A DNA stretch of 64,000 bases, taken from NCBI GenBank assembly GCA_964016885.1, contig OZ024741.1:124186001-124250000 (forward strand). Reading direction: 5' to 3'. The notes beneath the pieces were generated by a model. It ran no database searches. It had not been told where the DNA came from and saw only the letters and a program-made list of their open reading frames with translations. The position numbers and the translations under genes were made by a program. Numbering within the stretch: the first letter of the stretch is position 1; each line of letters starts with the position of its first letter. This document shows, in pieces, positions 26,798 through 39,575 of the stretch. The stretch comes from Eledone cirrhosa. Its lineage: Eukaryota.

Positions 26798-27208
26798 CAG
26801 ACTTGTCAACTCTCCCTGTCGGACGAGGAGATTTCCCACCCACTTTGAGGTGGGTAGGAGATGCTTTCTCTTTCGAAAATGCGTATAGCTTTCATTATGT
26901 AAAATCTCCCCGTAGGGCGGTGGATTGGCAGTATCGGTAGAGGGTCGGACGCCATGCTTTCCAGCATAGTTACGTCCCTTTACGATCTGAGTTCAAATCC
27001 CGCCGAGGTTGACTTTGCCTTTCATCCTTACGGGGTCGATAAAATAAAGTACCAGTAATGCACTGGGTAATTGCTGGCCTTGTGCCTAAAGTAGAAACAA
27101 TTATGTAAAATCTCTCTATTTTGCCTTAAAATCTCCCCATTCTGCCTGTTAGAGGACCCTTTTTTTCATGGTTCTCCCCGTTTAGGTTTTTAGAGGTTGG
27201 CATGTCTG
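26798..27208. mobile_element. MITE with hAT-like TIRs and apparent 6-bp TSD
   Basis: TIRs cagacttgtcaac / gttggcatgtctg; tataat on both sides. Confidence 0.65.
26909..27099 (+). mobile_element. SINE family A nested in the MITE, 15-bp TSD
   Basis: TSD attatgtaaaatctc at 26894-26908 and 27100-27114. Confidence 0.9.
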
Positions 27209-28696
27209 TATAATAGTGTACTTAATCCATCACTTGACTTGGTTTAATACCATCCGAAACTGATTTCAATTATATATCTTTAAAGGTTAAATATCTGATA
27301 AACTAGTAGTAATCTATCAATACATTTTTTTTATATAATGCGTCTAAATATAATTGAATATAACTTTTCTAAAAATGTTTTATTTTGTTAATTCTCTAAC
27401 TTTTGTCCCAAGATATTTTGATAATACACTTTGCATTCAAGCAATAGGTAAAAATAACTTGCAATCATAAAACCAGTTAACCTTAGTTTTATGAAAACAC
27501 TGACACTATGGCTCCAAGTTATATATTTCAAATAATTATCACTTCGCTCTCACTTTTAGTGATATTATCTCTTAGATAATTATCAATTAACATAGTCGGA
27601 GATAGATAAAGAATTTTGATTCTGTTCCAACTGCTTGACTCTAAGATCTAAAGATAATCACCAGACACGTAAATGATAAAAGCATGAACAATTCTTCAAG
27701 AACGACTTACTTCTATTAAAATATATTGTTATAAAAATCAAGTTACATATTTCATATAAAAGATATACATATGTTTATAGAAAGTTTAGGACTTCGGTGA
27801 AAATTACACTCATTCGGTATCATTGCACTCTGATGACCACTTTCCTCTTTTCATATTTTAGGAGATGATAAATAAAGTAGTAGCACTGGGTTGTTGGATT
27901 ATCGGAACTATACGATTTGCATTATTTAACTCGATTTTATTATCGGCAGCTAATACCGTCAGTTAAAAAATCAATAGAAATAACACTTCTTTGGTTTGAT
28001 CTAGCGGTCATGGCGTTTCATTAAATGAAATTATGTTGATATAAAATGTACATAAAGTATGATTGGTGTTTCTACGTTATACACAAGACGAGTAATTTGG
28101 TGGAGTGGGGAAGTCTATTATATCGAACCAAGTACAGGGCTCATAGTATATGTTATCGACCACGAAAGGACGAAAGGCATAGTTAACGTGCGCAGCATTT
28201 GATCTATGAAGGCAAATACTGAAAACAATGAACGTATAGCATTTCGTCCAACGCTGTAACGATTCGACCAATCTAACGTCATAGTAACGTTTTCTGAATT
28301 AACATAAAGTTAACAATTTTAAAAGGTTATGAAAATCGATTAAATTGATTCCAGTACTTGACTGCCACTTTATTTTATCGATCCCGAGAGAGTGGAAATC
28401 AAATTTGATCACGGTGAGATTTGAAATCAGAATTTAGAGAGTTGGCAAGAAAAACGAAAGAGTTTGTCTGATCCACATATTCCTACAGATCCAACGTAAA
28501 GACAGTAAACGTATCTTTTTAATATATAAGTAATATGAACAGTATGTAAGTGTATATATGCAAATGTATATATTTCTATATGAATATATATATATACGTT
28601 TATGTATCTCTCTCTCTCTCTCTATAGAGAGAGAGAGAGACAGATACATAAACATATATATATATACATTTGCATATATACACTTACATACGGTTC

Positions 28697-28755
<59 letters not shown>

Positions 28756-28813
28756 ATGCATGTATGTATATAACACTAATTTTTTATGTCTCTGTTTGCA
28801 ATCATTATATATG

Positions 28814-28845
<32 letters not shown>

Positions 28846-29368
28846 CCATTATTTGAACTAGAGAATATTTTCTCCAGGCTACATATCTTCATTTGTTAAG
28901 GGAAACGTTAGTGTCTATTGAATGGGTGCCAGGTCTTTTATTTTCCCCTCCTCCTCTGATATGGGAACGACTAAAATAGATACAGCAAACTATTGAAATT
29001 ACTGTTATATCTTTTGCAAGCTCACTTCACCCCTATTCTGTTATCTTCATTATCTTTTCCAGACTTAGGCTTCCACCATTGAACAGTTAAAATGCTAGAT
29101 TCTTTTATAATTATAGTATGCAGGGCATTCTATACTTGGGCGAGCTAATTAGATTTCTAGGATTATTTTATTATTTTACTGGTTTTGCCTTTCATCCTTA
29201 CGGGATGGATAAAATAAAATATTGTGCCTAAATTAGAAAATATTATGTAACTTGTTTCTGTTATTAGAATTACGGCCATGCTGCATATTCTTTTCATCGA
29301 TCTATTTATTCGTTGTTGAAATTGTAAGTTAAATAATCACAGATACAGACACAACAATAAAATACAAC

Positions 29369-29443
<75 letters not shown>

Positions 29444-29493
29444 AAATTATACACAAAATATGGATGTATATGACACCATATACTATAGGTATA

Positions 29494-30345
29494 CTAGCAG
29501 AATAGCCCGGCGTTGCTCGGGATTCTAAACATAGATTGACATGTTTATCCCTGCTTTCTGAAACAGTACAGAGGAGTACGGATTACCTCGGCCTGGGGAT
29601 GGTGTTTACATTTTGTGCTTATAAAGAAAGTTCGTCGTAGATGACCAGGGATTCAACTTAATTAGGGGCCTGAGAGTAAAATGTTCAACCCACAAAAGCC
29701 AAGGCGATAAGGTTAAGTAAAAAGTCATTCGACATGTATTTGTTGTGCTATGGTACAAAGAAAAGAATAGTTACAGAGCAGTAATCATGTGGGACTGCAG
29801 TGGTGGAGAGCATGAAGGAATTTAGTTTAAGGTTACAGGCCCTTACGCAACCAAAATGATAAACAATTTTGTCCCCGGGCGAAAAATTCGAAATATTTTT
29901 GAGTCCTAAAGATTTGTGAAACTTAAGTAATACATATGCAAATTGTTTTGTTTTTTAAATCGGTTGGGTACTTCTCGAGTTATAGGCCCTAATACAACCA
30001 AAATGCTTCAAAAAAATCAGTTTTTCGCCTAATGCGGTCCTTGGGGCAAAAAATGAGAAAATCTTTTTTGCTCAAAATACGTTAAACGTCATACGTAATG
30101 CAAATTTTGAAGAACTCGCCAGGATTATTGTTCCGTTATGCCTCAAATAAGCCGTTAAAACTTAAAATATGCGGTTTTTCGCCTAAGGCCGTCCCTAGTG
30201 CATTACAAATTTGAAATGTGTTTTGCTTAAAACACTCGCACAACCATAACTATTACATGTGTAAAGTTTGAAAAAACATTTGTTGGGTGGTTCTCGAGTT
30301 TTAGGGGGACAGACCGACAGACATTCTCTGTTTTAGATACATAGA
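29494..30345 (-). mobile_element. Non-autonomous Helitron-like element (family H3)
   Basis: Minus strand starts a|TCtatgtatctaaaac and ends cccgagcaacgccggg...CTAG|t; internal subrepeats cctaatgcggtcc. Confidence 0.75.
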
Positions 30346-30618
30346 TATACAAAGAACGTTATGAAAGCCTCGGCATAAAAGAAAAATATATGCTCTCGTT
30401 ATGAACAAATACTTTCCCCCTCTTTTGTTCTGTTCTTTGAATATGTCACAGATATCTTCAATTCGAGAATGCTGGGAGGCTCTTTTAAGATTCGTGAATA
30501 TCTCAAGAGGGAGATACACTCAACCAGTACTGAAATGAAAATAGACCAGCGCCTCTATAGATTCTGCGTCCAGAACATTTGCTGGAAATTCTTTGTATAT
30601 TGTGCAAATATTTCCGGT

Positions 30619-30661
<43 letters not shown>

Positions 30662-31400
30662 AGGAATTATAGTTCGAACCTACCAAATTCCTCTCACATG
30701 CCATAGGTAAGCCCGAGGCTACTGTAGAAGACAATGAGTCCAGAACCAAATAGTGAATTGAACTCCATAGCCTCTCAGCTTTGCCTGCATCTATTAGATA
30801 TTGCACACTGCCTTGAATGTTGTTGTTGAAATTTCTCCGTTCCAGTCGTTCGAACTACGGAAATGCTTAATGGTGAAATTCAGGTATTAGTTGCAGAGCA
30901 TTCTACAAACATCTGTACATATTAGAAAATTTTGAAGGAAACAAGACACAGCGTGCAGCATTAAATAACACAGTGGATTGAAAATACACTGAAGGTTTAC
31001 AAGAGCAACATAAAATGAAGGATGCTATACGCCGCCCAATACTGTAATCGAGCTCAAGAATTTACGAATTGTCAGCCGACCACCCTAACCTTGCAGAAAA
31101 GTATTTGAAAAATACATTACAATGTTTATTGAAATTTTGAATGAATGATCATCAGCCGAATATCCCAAACCTCTAGGCCATGCAACGTCTATATATATAT
31201 GAATTATCATATTTACAACCACAAATATAACTTTATTATATTCTATAAAACTCCAAAATATATCGTTTGATAAATTTGATACTTGAATTACAGCATACAC
31301 GTTGTTGCGCATTATTTGGTTTTAATTATTTTAATGTGATCTTTGAAACAGTAGACAGTATTTTTTATAAATATTCGGTCGAAATATTCAGCAAGAATAA

Positions 31401-31441
<41 letters not shown>

Positions 31442-32593
31442 AACTTAGACACATACACACATACACACACATGCGCGCGCGCGCGCATATATATATATAT
31501 ACATTTCTGGGACTGAAGCTATCTATATACCGTCTGTTTAAATATGTATGTGCGTCTGAAATCAGACATAACTATTTCTCTTTAGGAGTAATAAACACTT
31601 CGATGGTTGGTGCACACATTAATATTCCATTAAACGAATGGATTATGTCTGAGCTTTATATAATAACATAGACAGCGACGTTTAATACAATAATAGTATA
31701 ATACAATATGAGAGCAAATTTTATTAGACATAAGAGAATTTCGAATTTGGGCAACTGTGCAGAGTTTTTGTTAATTTTATTTATTTTATTTATTTATTTT
31801 TCGGAAGTATTCGATCGGAAAAATCATCAATATTTAGAATTATTGTAATATTTTACATGTAGATGCGTCCCCAAATAGTGAAGACGTTTACGTTGCAATA
31901 ATAAGGTCTTAAATTCGATACCTTTTGATTGGGATCGGGAGTGAGTGTCATTTAACATAGCTTGACCCATGCTATGTCAGCAAAATTGGATTAGCACAAA
32001 TTGGATGTATGTCCGGTCCAAGAATCGAACACGGTAACTTTGATCATTAATTTTAACACAATAATCATTAAAACAAAAAAAGGACTGACTAGCAAATTTA
32101 CTTTAGAATTTTAATTCCGCGAAAGCACTATACACATTCCTCTAGTCCCGACTGCCGGCAGTTTAGGGTCTAGAGGAGTTTTGGTAAAGTTTATATGCAT
32201 TTTCTCTTCCAACTTATATTTTAGACCTAACTCCGTTTAGTTGATTATTTGTCTAGTCTATTTCTACGGGCTAAATGGAATGACTAGATAAATTTTATCT
32301 GGCTGTCCCTCGCGGAAGATAGTCTGTATTATTTGTGTATTATTTCTTCATAGTTACATTTTAAACTTATAGCCTCGTTTAAATTATTATTTATGTGGTT
32401 GATTTCTACGGAGTAGGGAGAGGAAAGACTGTATATATTTTATCTAATAATTCTTCAAACTTACAATTTTATATATAGCTCTGATTAACAATTATTTGCT
32501 AAATTAATTCTTTCTTTGAGCCACACCGTGAAAGGTAGCCACACTCATATATGTGTCTGTGACTATGTATAAATATATACATATATCCCTATC

Positions 32594-32629
<36 letters not shown>

Positions 32630-32638
<9 letters not shown>

Positions 32639-32989
32639 TGTAGTTGTCTGTGTGTCCTCATTTTTGCAAAGTCTATACAAATCCACATTTCTACTCCGAT
32701 TGACTTCAAACTTGCATTTATGGAGGTCTAAAGATATTAACTGCAACTTTTCATTTTTCAATGTTCTGTTATTAAAGGGGTGTTAGGCGCCGGTTATCGA
32801 TCTCCGTCGCGCCCTTATAATATCTGTCGGTGTGCCTGGCTGTCTACATAACGGCATTATGACCAACACATCATTGCTGACGTATTATCTTCGCCACGTT
32901 GACACACACACACATATACGTATATATACATACATATATATATATATATACATATATATACACATATATACATATACACAAATATATAT

Positions 32990-33038
<49 letters not shown>

Positions 33039-33094
33039 CATATATATATACATATACAAACACATATACACATATATATATATATACATATACG

Positions 33095-33125
<31 letters not shown>

Positions 33126-33423
33126 GTATATATAAATATACACATAAAAATATATCTATCTAGGGCTGGTAAAATTCCCGAGATTCATGGCCGAGTTCTC
33201 TCCAGCGGTCTCTCTCCCTCATAATCGCTGCCATGTCCTGCGTCTCCAACAGACCAATATCTGTCCTTAGGGCATCAACACTTGTTAACTTTGGTCTTCC
33301 TCTTCCAATGTGTCCATGCAGGGACTCCCACAGGAGCAGTGAGTGCACTGTCAAATAAACGTTTCTCATTGGAGGTGCCATTACAATGTTCTTATCCGTG
33401 CAACGCCGGGATACACTGCTAGT
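32630..33423 (+). mobile_element. Helitron-like family H2 copy carrying an RTE LINE 3' fragment (33165-33345, -)
   Basis: 3' end tccgtgcaacgccggg...CTAGt; internal minus-strand LLLWESLHGHIGRGRPKLT..D.LRTD.GL...MRERDRWR. Confidence 0.75.
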
Positions 33424-33535
33424 ATATAAAAAGAAGATCAATATTGCCACAGGTACTAGTACCCCTGGAAATATATAGGGTGTCTATGGTATAGTTGTTG
33501 TTCTATGGTATCAATTTGACATACCAGAACTATGA

Positions 33536-34146
33536 AATTGAGATAAGCGAATCAAGTAAGATTAAACATTTTTTTAAAATAAATTAAATAATATAATTTA
33601 AATATTTACCTATTTCATTTGCTTCTACCGACGGTTTCGCCTCACAAAAGATTGGAAGTCCGATGGACCTCCAATGGCAATGTTCGGTTTTTCAGAAAGA
33701 ATATTCCCCTACATAGGACGAAAGTCCCACGAACGGCAAAATATATTGCATTCTGCCAGCTAGTGCAGGATCGAATGAACCGTAAACTTGATCTACACAT
33801 GAACTAGCCCTTGGTATAAGCGGAAGTAAACATAGACGTGTTGTCTATCATGCCCCTAAAAATAGCAGCTAGGTAAAACAACGGATTTTTTCGCTACACA
33901 TAGGAGACGATCCTGCACTAGTTGGCAGAATACAATATATTTTGCAGTTCGTGGGACTTTCGTCCTGTGTAGGGGAAAATGCTTTCTGAAGCACCGAACA
34001 TTTCCATTGGATGTCCATCGGACTTCCAATCTTTTGTGAGGCGAAACCGTCGGTAACAGCAAATGGAATAGGTAAATATTTAAATTATATATTTTAATTT
34101 ATTTAAAAAAATTGTTTGAAGCTTACTTGCTCCGCTTATCTCAATT
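33536..34146. repeat. Inverted repeat of about 238 bp (134-nt spacer) with a decayed HHR in both arms
   Basis: Arms 33536-33773 and 33908-34146; ttt CUGAAGC/CUGAAAA ... GAAA ccgtcgg UA gaagc/acagc. Confidence 0.85.
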
Positions 34147-34200
34147 ATATATATATCACAGAAAAAAGAGAATCAGTGTTGCGACGAAAGGAATTTATTG

Positions 34201-34294
34201 GACATATTACAATTGTTTCTCGAGCGACCAGCTCGAGGACGATCGTTGTGGTGATCAAACCTGACTCTGAAATCCTGCGTTCCTCTGATACGTC
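34201..34294 (-). ncRNA. Decayed hammerhead motif
   Basis: gacgtat CAGAGGA ... GAAA caattg UA atatgtc; 7-bp stem I, U4A core change. Confidence 0.5.
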
Positions 34295-34393
34295 ACGATT
34301 CTACGAAGCAGATTTTCCTATATATATATATATACACATATTAAAAAGAATAGAGATGGCTTTAAGTAAACATCATCTGTTTATTATATAATC

Positions 34394-34462
34394 CTGTTAT
34401 ACTTATTTCAAAGACATCAAAGTGAGTGCATAATAACCCTTTGGCGTGTTTTCATCAAACAG
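34394..34462 (-). ncRNA. Hammerhead motif, C3U variant (P3-like stem II)
   Basis: ctgt UUGAUGA aaacacgccaaag...ctttgatgtcttt GAAA taagta UA acag. Confidence 0.65.
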
Positions 34463-37400
34463 TGTTTAACTTGAAACGTTTCTGTTTTGATATACCACCT
34501 TAGTAGGATGACGGTATTAGCTGTCCCACTACAAGTAAGCATATGACGTCCATCACAATGTCTGTATGCATGCAGGGTATGGGAGATACTACCCTTGTTA
34601 AAATTCTAAGGATGTTCCCAAGTCGAAACATTAGGTAGCTAGCATGTTATATTGCTAAATTCGTTCCTTCTTTCGCCTTTCTACAAAATCGAGGCCATGT
34701 ATGAATGTAAAGGATAAAATACTTCAAAGATACATGAAAAAACGTATATTATTAATTTCTTTGAATTATATTGTAAATTTATCTCTTAATTGTGAAATCA
34801 TTCATATTATCTGCTTCGATAATGTAGTTATACATCACACAAAACAATTATAATTTGATTAAATAATAATTATATGTATATAATATATAATTTCCAAAAT
34901 TATATTTGATAAACTCTTTTGCAAGCATAGATACGCTATGATTACAATGCATAAATTCCTTTCCTATAAATAGCAGCAATTTAAATGCTCAACAATGGTT
35001 TAATATGTGCTATTAAACAGCTTCATAATCAACTTTTAAATTATATACGAAATATATATTTAACGTGGTTGAGAAATTGGCTATTAAATATTTATCTAAA
35101 TTTAGTAAATTACTTCATGCTAAAGAAGGCGGTGACTTAGCACAGTCGTTAGAACGTCGGATAGAATGTTTTGTGGTGTTCGTTTCGGCTCTCTGAGTTC
35201 AAATCCCACCGATGTCAACTTTGCCTTTCATTTATTCGAGGTCGATGCAAAAGTACTAGTCTAGTACTTTTAGTTCTTTCATCGATTCTTCCTCTATATC
35301 TCGTTCTCACTTCTATTCTCACCTTCTCTCTATCTTTAACTAGAAGAAATCTGCTGTTTTCAGAAGGGCTCCGCAAGGTATAAAAGTGCCCTAGAAATAC
35401 TGTATGTCAATACGGCGTCCACACGATTCCCTCAGGAGTTAGAGTACTAAAGAAAACAAAAAGATCATACTAGGAATTCATAAATAGTACAATGGGAATC
35501 AACTAATATCATATACAATAGTGACTCATATATGTTCCTTCTTCTAAAAAAGCAATATTTACTCAGTGTAACGCTGCAGGTTACGTTACGTGCGCTCACC
35601 ACTCATACAGGCATGTTTACCCATATACATTTATACTCACACACACACACATATACATATTTATATAGAGAGATATATAGATATCTGTTTGACACATAGA
35701 CGCTCGCATACGTACACGCTCATCGACGTGTGCCCACACACGAATACGTACGCCTACATGCAAAGATTCACGCTATTTTACACACTTCACTTAAGATGGT
35801 CATCAGGAAGAGGCAACATAAATGACCACTCATTCATGATACGTTCAATAACAGCTGATTATCGTTTAATCCGCATAAGAACAACATGTTTACTGGGACG
35901 TTTGAAACTATGTCACTGTTGATAATTAAATCCATGCATTTAGATGAATGCACGTGCTAAATACAATTTTCTTTTAAACATTTATATAATTAATTTATGA
36001 AGTAGAAATATCTGAAAATGCTGTACTAGTATACATTCTCAGATTATGTATCATTTTCAAATATAGTTTACTAGTCTTGTGTACACATGTGAAGAGAATA
36101 GTCTACAACACTTCCTTTTCATGAAATATCAGCATATGGAAGTATATTCATATAAAAGTAGCCATCCTTAAAACCCCCCCAAAAATGAAAAAATGAAATA
36201 TAACCCTACATATATTAATTTTCATTTCTCATTGTCTCCTCAGATACTACAAAATGCATAAATCAACATATGTAGATATATAAATGTCATATTAATAAAT
36301 TAAGAGAAATCCCTTGGTAAATAAACCATTAATATTATTGGGACACTAGATATTAAAACAAATTTAAATAACAGTGAGATACTATGAATTACGGTATTAA
36401 AAAGACATACATGGGAGGGGTTACAAATTGATAAGAAAGAAAAGATAGACAATCAACAGTAAAATCATTGTTTACAAAAGATATAGAAAGAAATGAGAAG
36501 AGAAAAGCATAATAATATTAATTTCAATATAAAGAGAGAAAAAGTATAAGAAGTTTTTAAATAAATTACAAAACAGAGATTTAATATATATCGAGAGAAA
36601 GAAGATAAATTCGTTTAAACATAATTGATTTATGGCCTCTTTTAATTAGGACGCAGGCAAATGTAAATAAATACAATAGAAAATAGAATAAAAAGGGTTA
36701 GTATATGAATTTAGTGCATAAAGCAATAGTAAACATATGAGTCTCCAGATCTTACACTCGTATATTTGGATTATTGACCCTATACATTTGTTAATAATAT
36801 TTGCCGATTGTAGAAACGCGTTGAGCTTTACACCTCTTCGCACATGTTTATATGTATATAAATATGTATCATTGATATGTATATAAAAAAAGAGATCGGA
36901 TGAAGCCGGGTTTCCAATTAGCCCAAGGAAACCATAATGTAGCTGTCGAGCACAACTCTTGGCAGAAGCGTCCTTGGTGATAGCAGCAGAATCTGAATTT
37001 AGAATACGTAGAGCAGAGCCAGACAGCGACACTTTATAAAGTCAAACAATGTATGACGAGTGAACTTATAATTTACTTACTGACACCTAATAGATGAGTG
37101 GCAAAATTGACCTCGGGAGCATTTGAACTCAAAATGCACATAGCCGAAACGAACACCAAGCCATATGTACCTGCACCCTATCGGCTCTACAAATTCTCCA
37201 CCTTCTATATAAGAATATTTCTTTGAATATATACAGGAAATGGTACTGATCATACAAGCATTTTTTCTATTTGAGACAATGGACCTTTACTGACAACAAC
37301 GTATCTCGGCTGTGAGCATTTAACAGCTACATAGATTCAACGATACTACAACCCTTATACAGGCCAGTGTTGGTGTGACAACATTGTATACAGGTCTTCC

Positions 37401-39217
37401 TTGTAATCATCGAGTTCTTCATATGTCGAACGCTTTCCAGTTCTGATATTTAGTGCTCAGCCAGGACTGATCTAGGACTAAACATATTTAACCCAATTCT
37501 AACATATTGATTTCTTCTTAATCATGCAATAAGGCCACAGGCTTATAAATATGTTCGTTGATATAAATTGCGTTTATGATTATATGTTTCTCTAATGGCG
37601 TTAGCAACAAAAGAGAAGAGACATAACATCAATTAAAAATAATAATAGATTTGGAAACGCTCAACCATCTACTCTAATCTATAGATTTTTACAACTAGGC
37701 ATAATATTTTGCAAGAGATAATTAGAGTTCGCTAAGATTTATTGCCGTTAGGAATGAATAAGCCAACGTTAAGTGTCCTTTCTCTGAGAGGGTAGAATGC
37801 AGACACATTGCGGTTGTTGCTTGGGTTTTGTACAAATATATGAAAGAAACTAAGATAATTTTGTAAGGAGTGAATAGAAAGCCGCAAGAGATAGCAAGTA
37901 GGATTGAAGTGAGACAATTATAGTGCTGTTTGGTTTATCTAAAACTATATTAGCCATAGTCTTCTTTCTTTGTTAGAAAGATAGGCTGTAAAATATGAGG
38001 ATATGGCTAATGAGTGTGATGAGGTACCTTGATGGCTCGTCTACAACATAAACTTACAGTATTTGGTTGGATATAAGAGTGGTATTTAAACAGAACATTG
38101 AGAGATGAACTTATATTCTAAGGTATACTTGATTCGCTATATTTCTATTCAAGCCCTATATCGTTTTCATTGGTGTAAATTTGTTATAATTTCATCCAAC
38201 CTCGTCCGAAATATTAAGGGCATCGCATTTAACGGTCCATTTCAAGACAGTCAATTGATATATATTTATACTACAATATTTTGTGAATGGAATAATACTT
38301 TTAAGTGAAATGATTCAATTTGAAATAATTAAATCGATTGGAAACCAACGAACACGGGGGAAAGATTGTTCTCTAACTTAAAGTGAATACCTTCGTACTT
38401 ACCTTGTCTCTACAGAGAGAAAGCATAACGTTGTTTATTAAATTCAGCAAAACACTGACCATAGTTAATTACATTTTAAATAGATTGTATTCAATTTGTA
38501 CAACGAATTAGATTAAGATCATGATGGTTTTCATTCTTGAGCTAATAATAAGAGAACGCATGAGATATTTCGAAATATAACTTCTTTTGCAAGAGATTTC
38601 ATATGATATGGTGTGTTAAAAGTGGAACAATTAACTCTTGGAAGAAATATTCTAGCTATCTCATTAATCACAAAATAAAATAAAGTAACTGCTATAATCA
38701 CTGTTCGTTTATTTTTAGTAGTACTATTACCTCTATTGTGAAGTGACAAACATGTTAGTCGCACGTTAGCAACTTGGTGATTACAGTCTACTACAACCCT
38801 CATTTATAAACAGGTATGATTTGGTAGTACGTAACATGCTTTCCTTAAGATTTTTAAGTATTCATACAGTTGCGGGTATACACAGATACCCACTCCACTA
38901 TTCCTCCCTTGATCCAGGCAACCATTTAGGATGTGACAGATAAGAGGCAAGTGAGGAGGCTTCACTAGCATTTGACTGATTTTCTTTTATTGACCAGGAA
39001 AGGATGACATACAAAGATGATCTCGAAGGGATTTAAACACAGTGCGAAGAGAACTGGAATAAATATCCAGTGATTTAAAGAAAATCTCCCAAATTGATCA
39101 TTGTCACAACTCTTTGCAGTGATCTAGATATATCAACATAGCATTTTTTGTTTCGTCAAAGTAAATGTTGTATAAAAAGAAATCAGCCTAAACCGTTGCG
39201 TCCAAGATATGGCAGTA

Positions 39218-39575
39218 CAGTAGAACCTCGCAATATGAGTGCCCCATTGTACGAGGCTCGTGCGCATTTTTGTCTTGTAGCACGAGTGGAAATCCACAGT
39301 ACAAGTGATATAGTTTCATATAATTAATAAAACCAGTTTACATATTTCTTTTGCATTCTCTTTTATTATGTTTTTTTATAATAGACATTTTCCTTGTAAC
39401 TGCACCTTTTCTGTTTTAAAACCTATAAAAATGATTTTTGGGAGGTTTTAGGGTCTAGGACTGATTATTTATATTTTAATTAATTTCAATGGAGAAAACT
39501 GATTTGTAAAACGAGTAAATCGTAAAACGAACTCTGTCATGAAACGAATTAAACTCATACTGCGAGGTATCACTG
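39218..39575. mobile_element. Tigger/pogo-like MITE
   Basis: TA|cagtagaacctcgcaatatgagt ... actcatactgcgaggtatcactg|TA; 23-bp imperfect TIRs and TA TSD. Confidence 0.85.

Noticed and set aside
32138-32177. Small GC-rich hairpin cctctag...ctagagg
   Set aside because: No context or second copy to assign a function.
33619-34062. Twin ORFs MLLPTVSPHKRLEV on opposite strands
   Set aside because: A by-product of the inverted repeat; no coding signature.
37072-37095. 6-nt microexon (ag|gtgtca|gtaagt, -)
   Set aside because: Lies within a decayed SINE.
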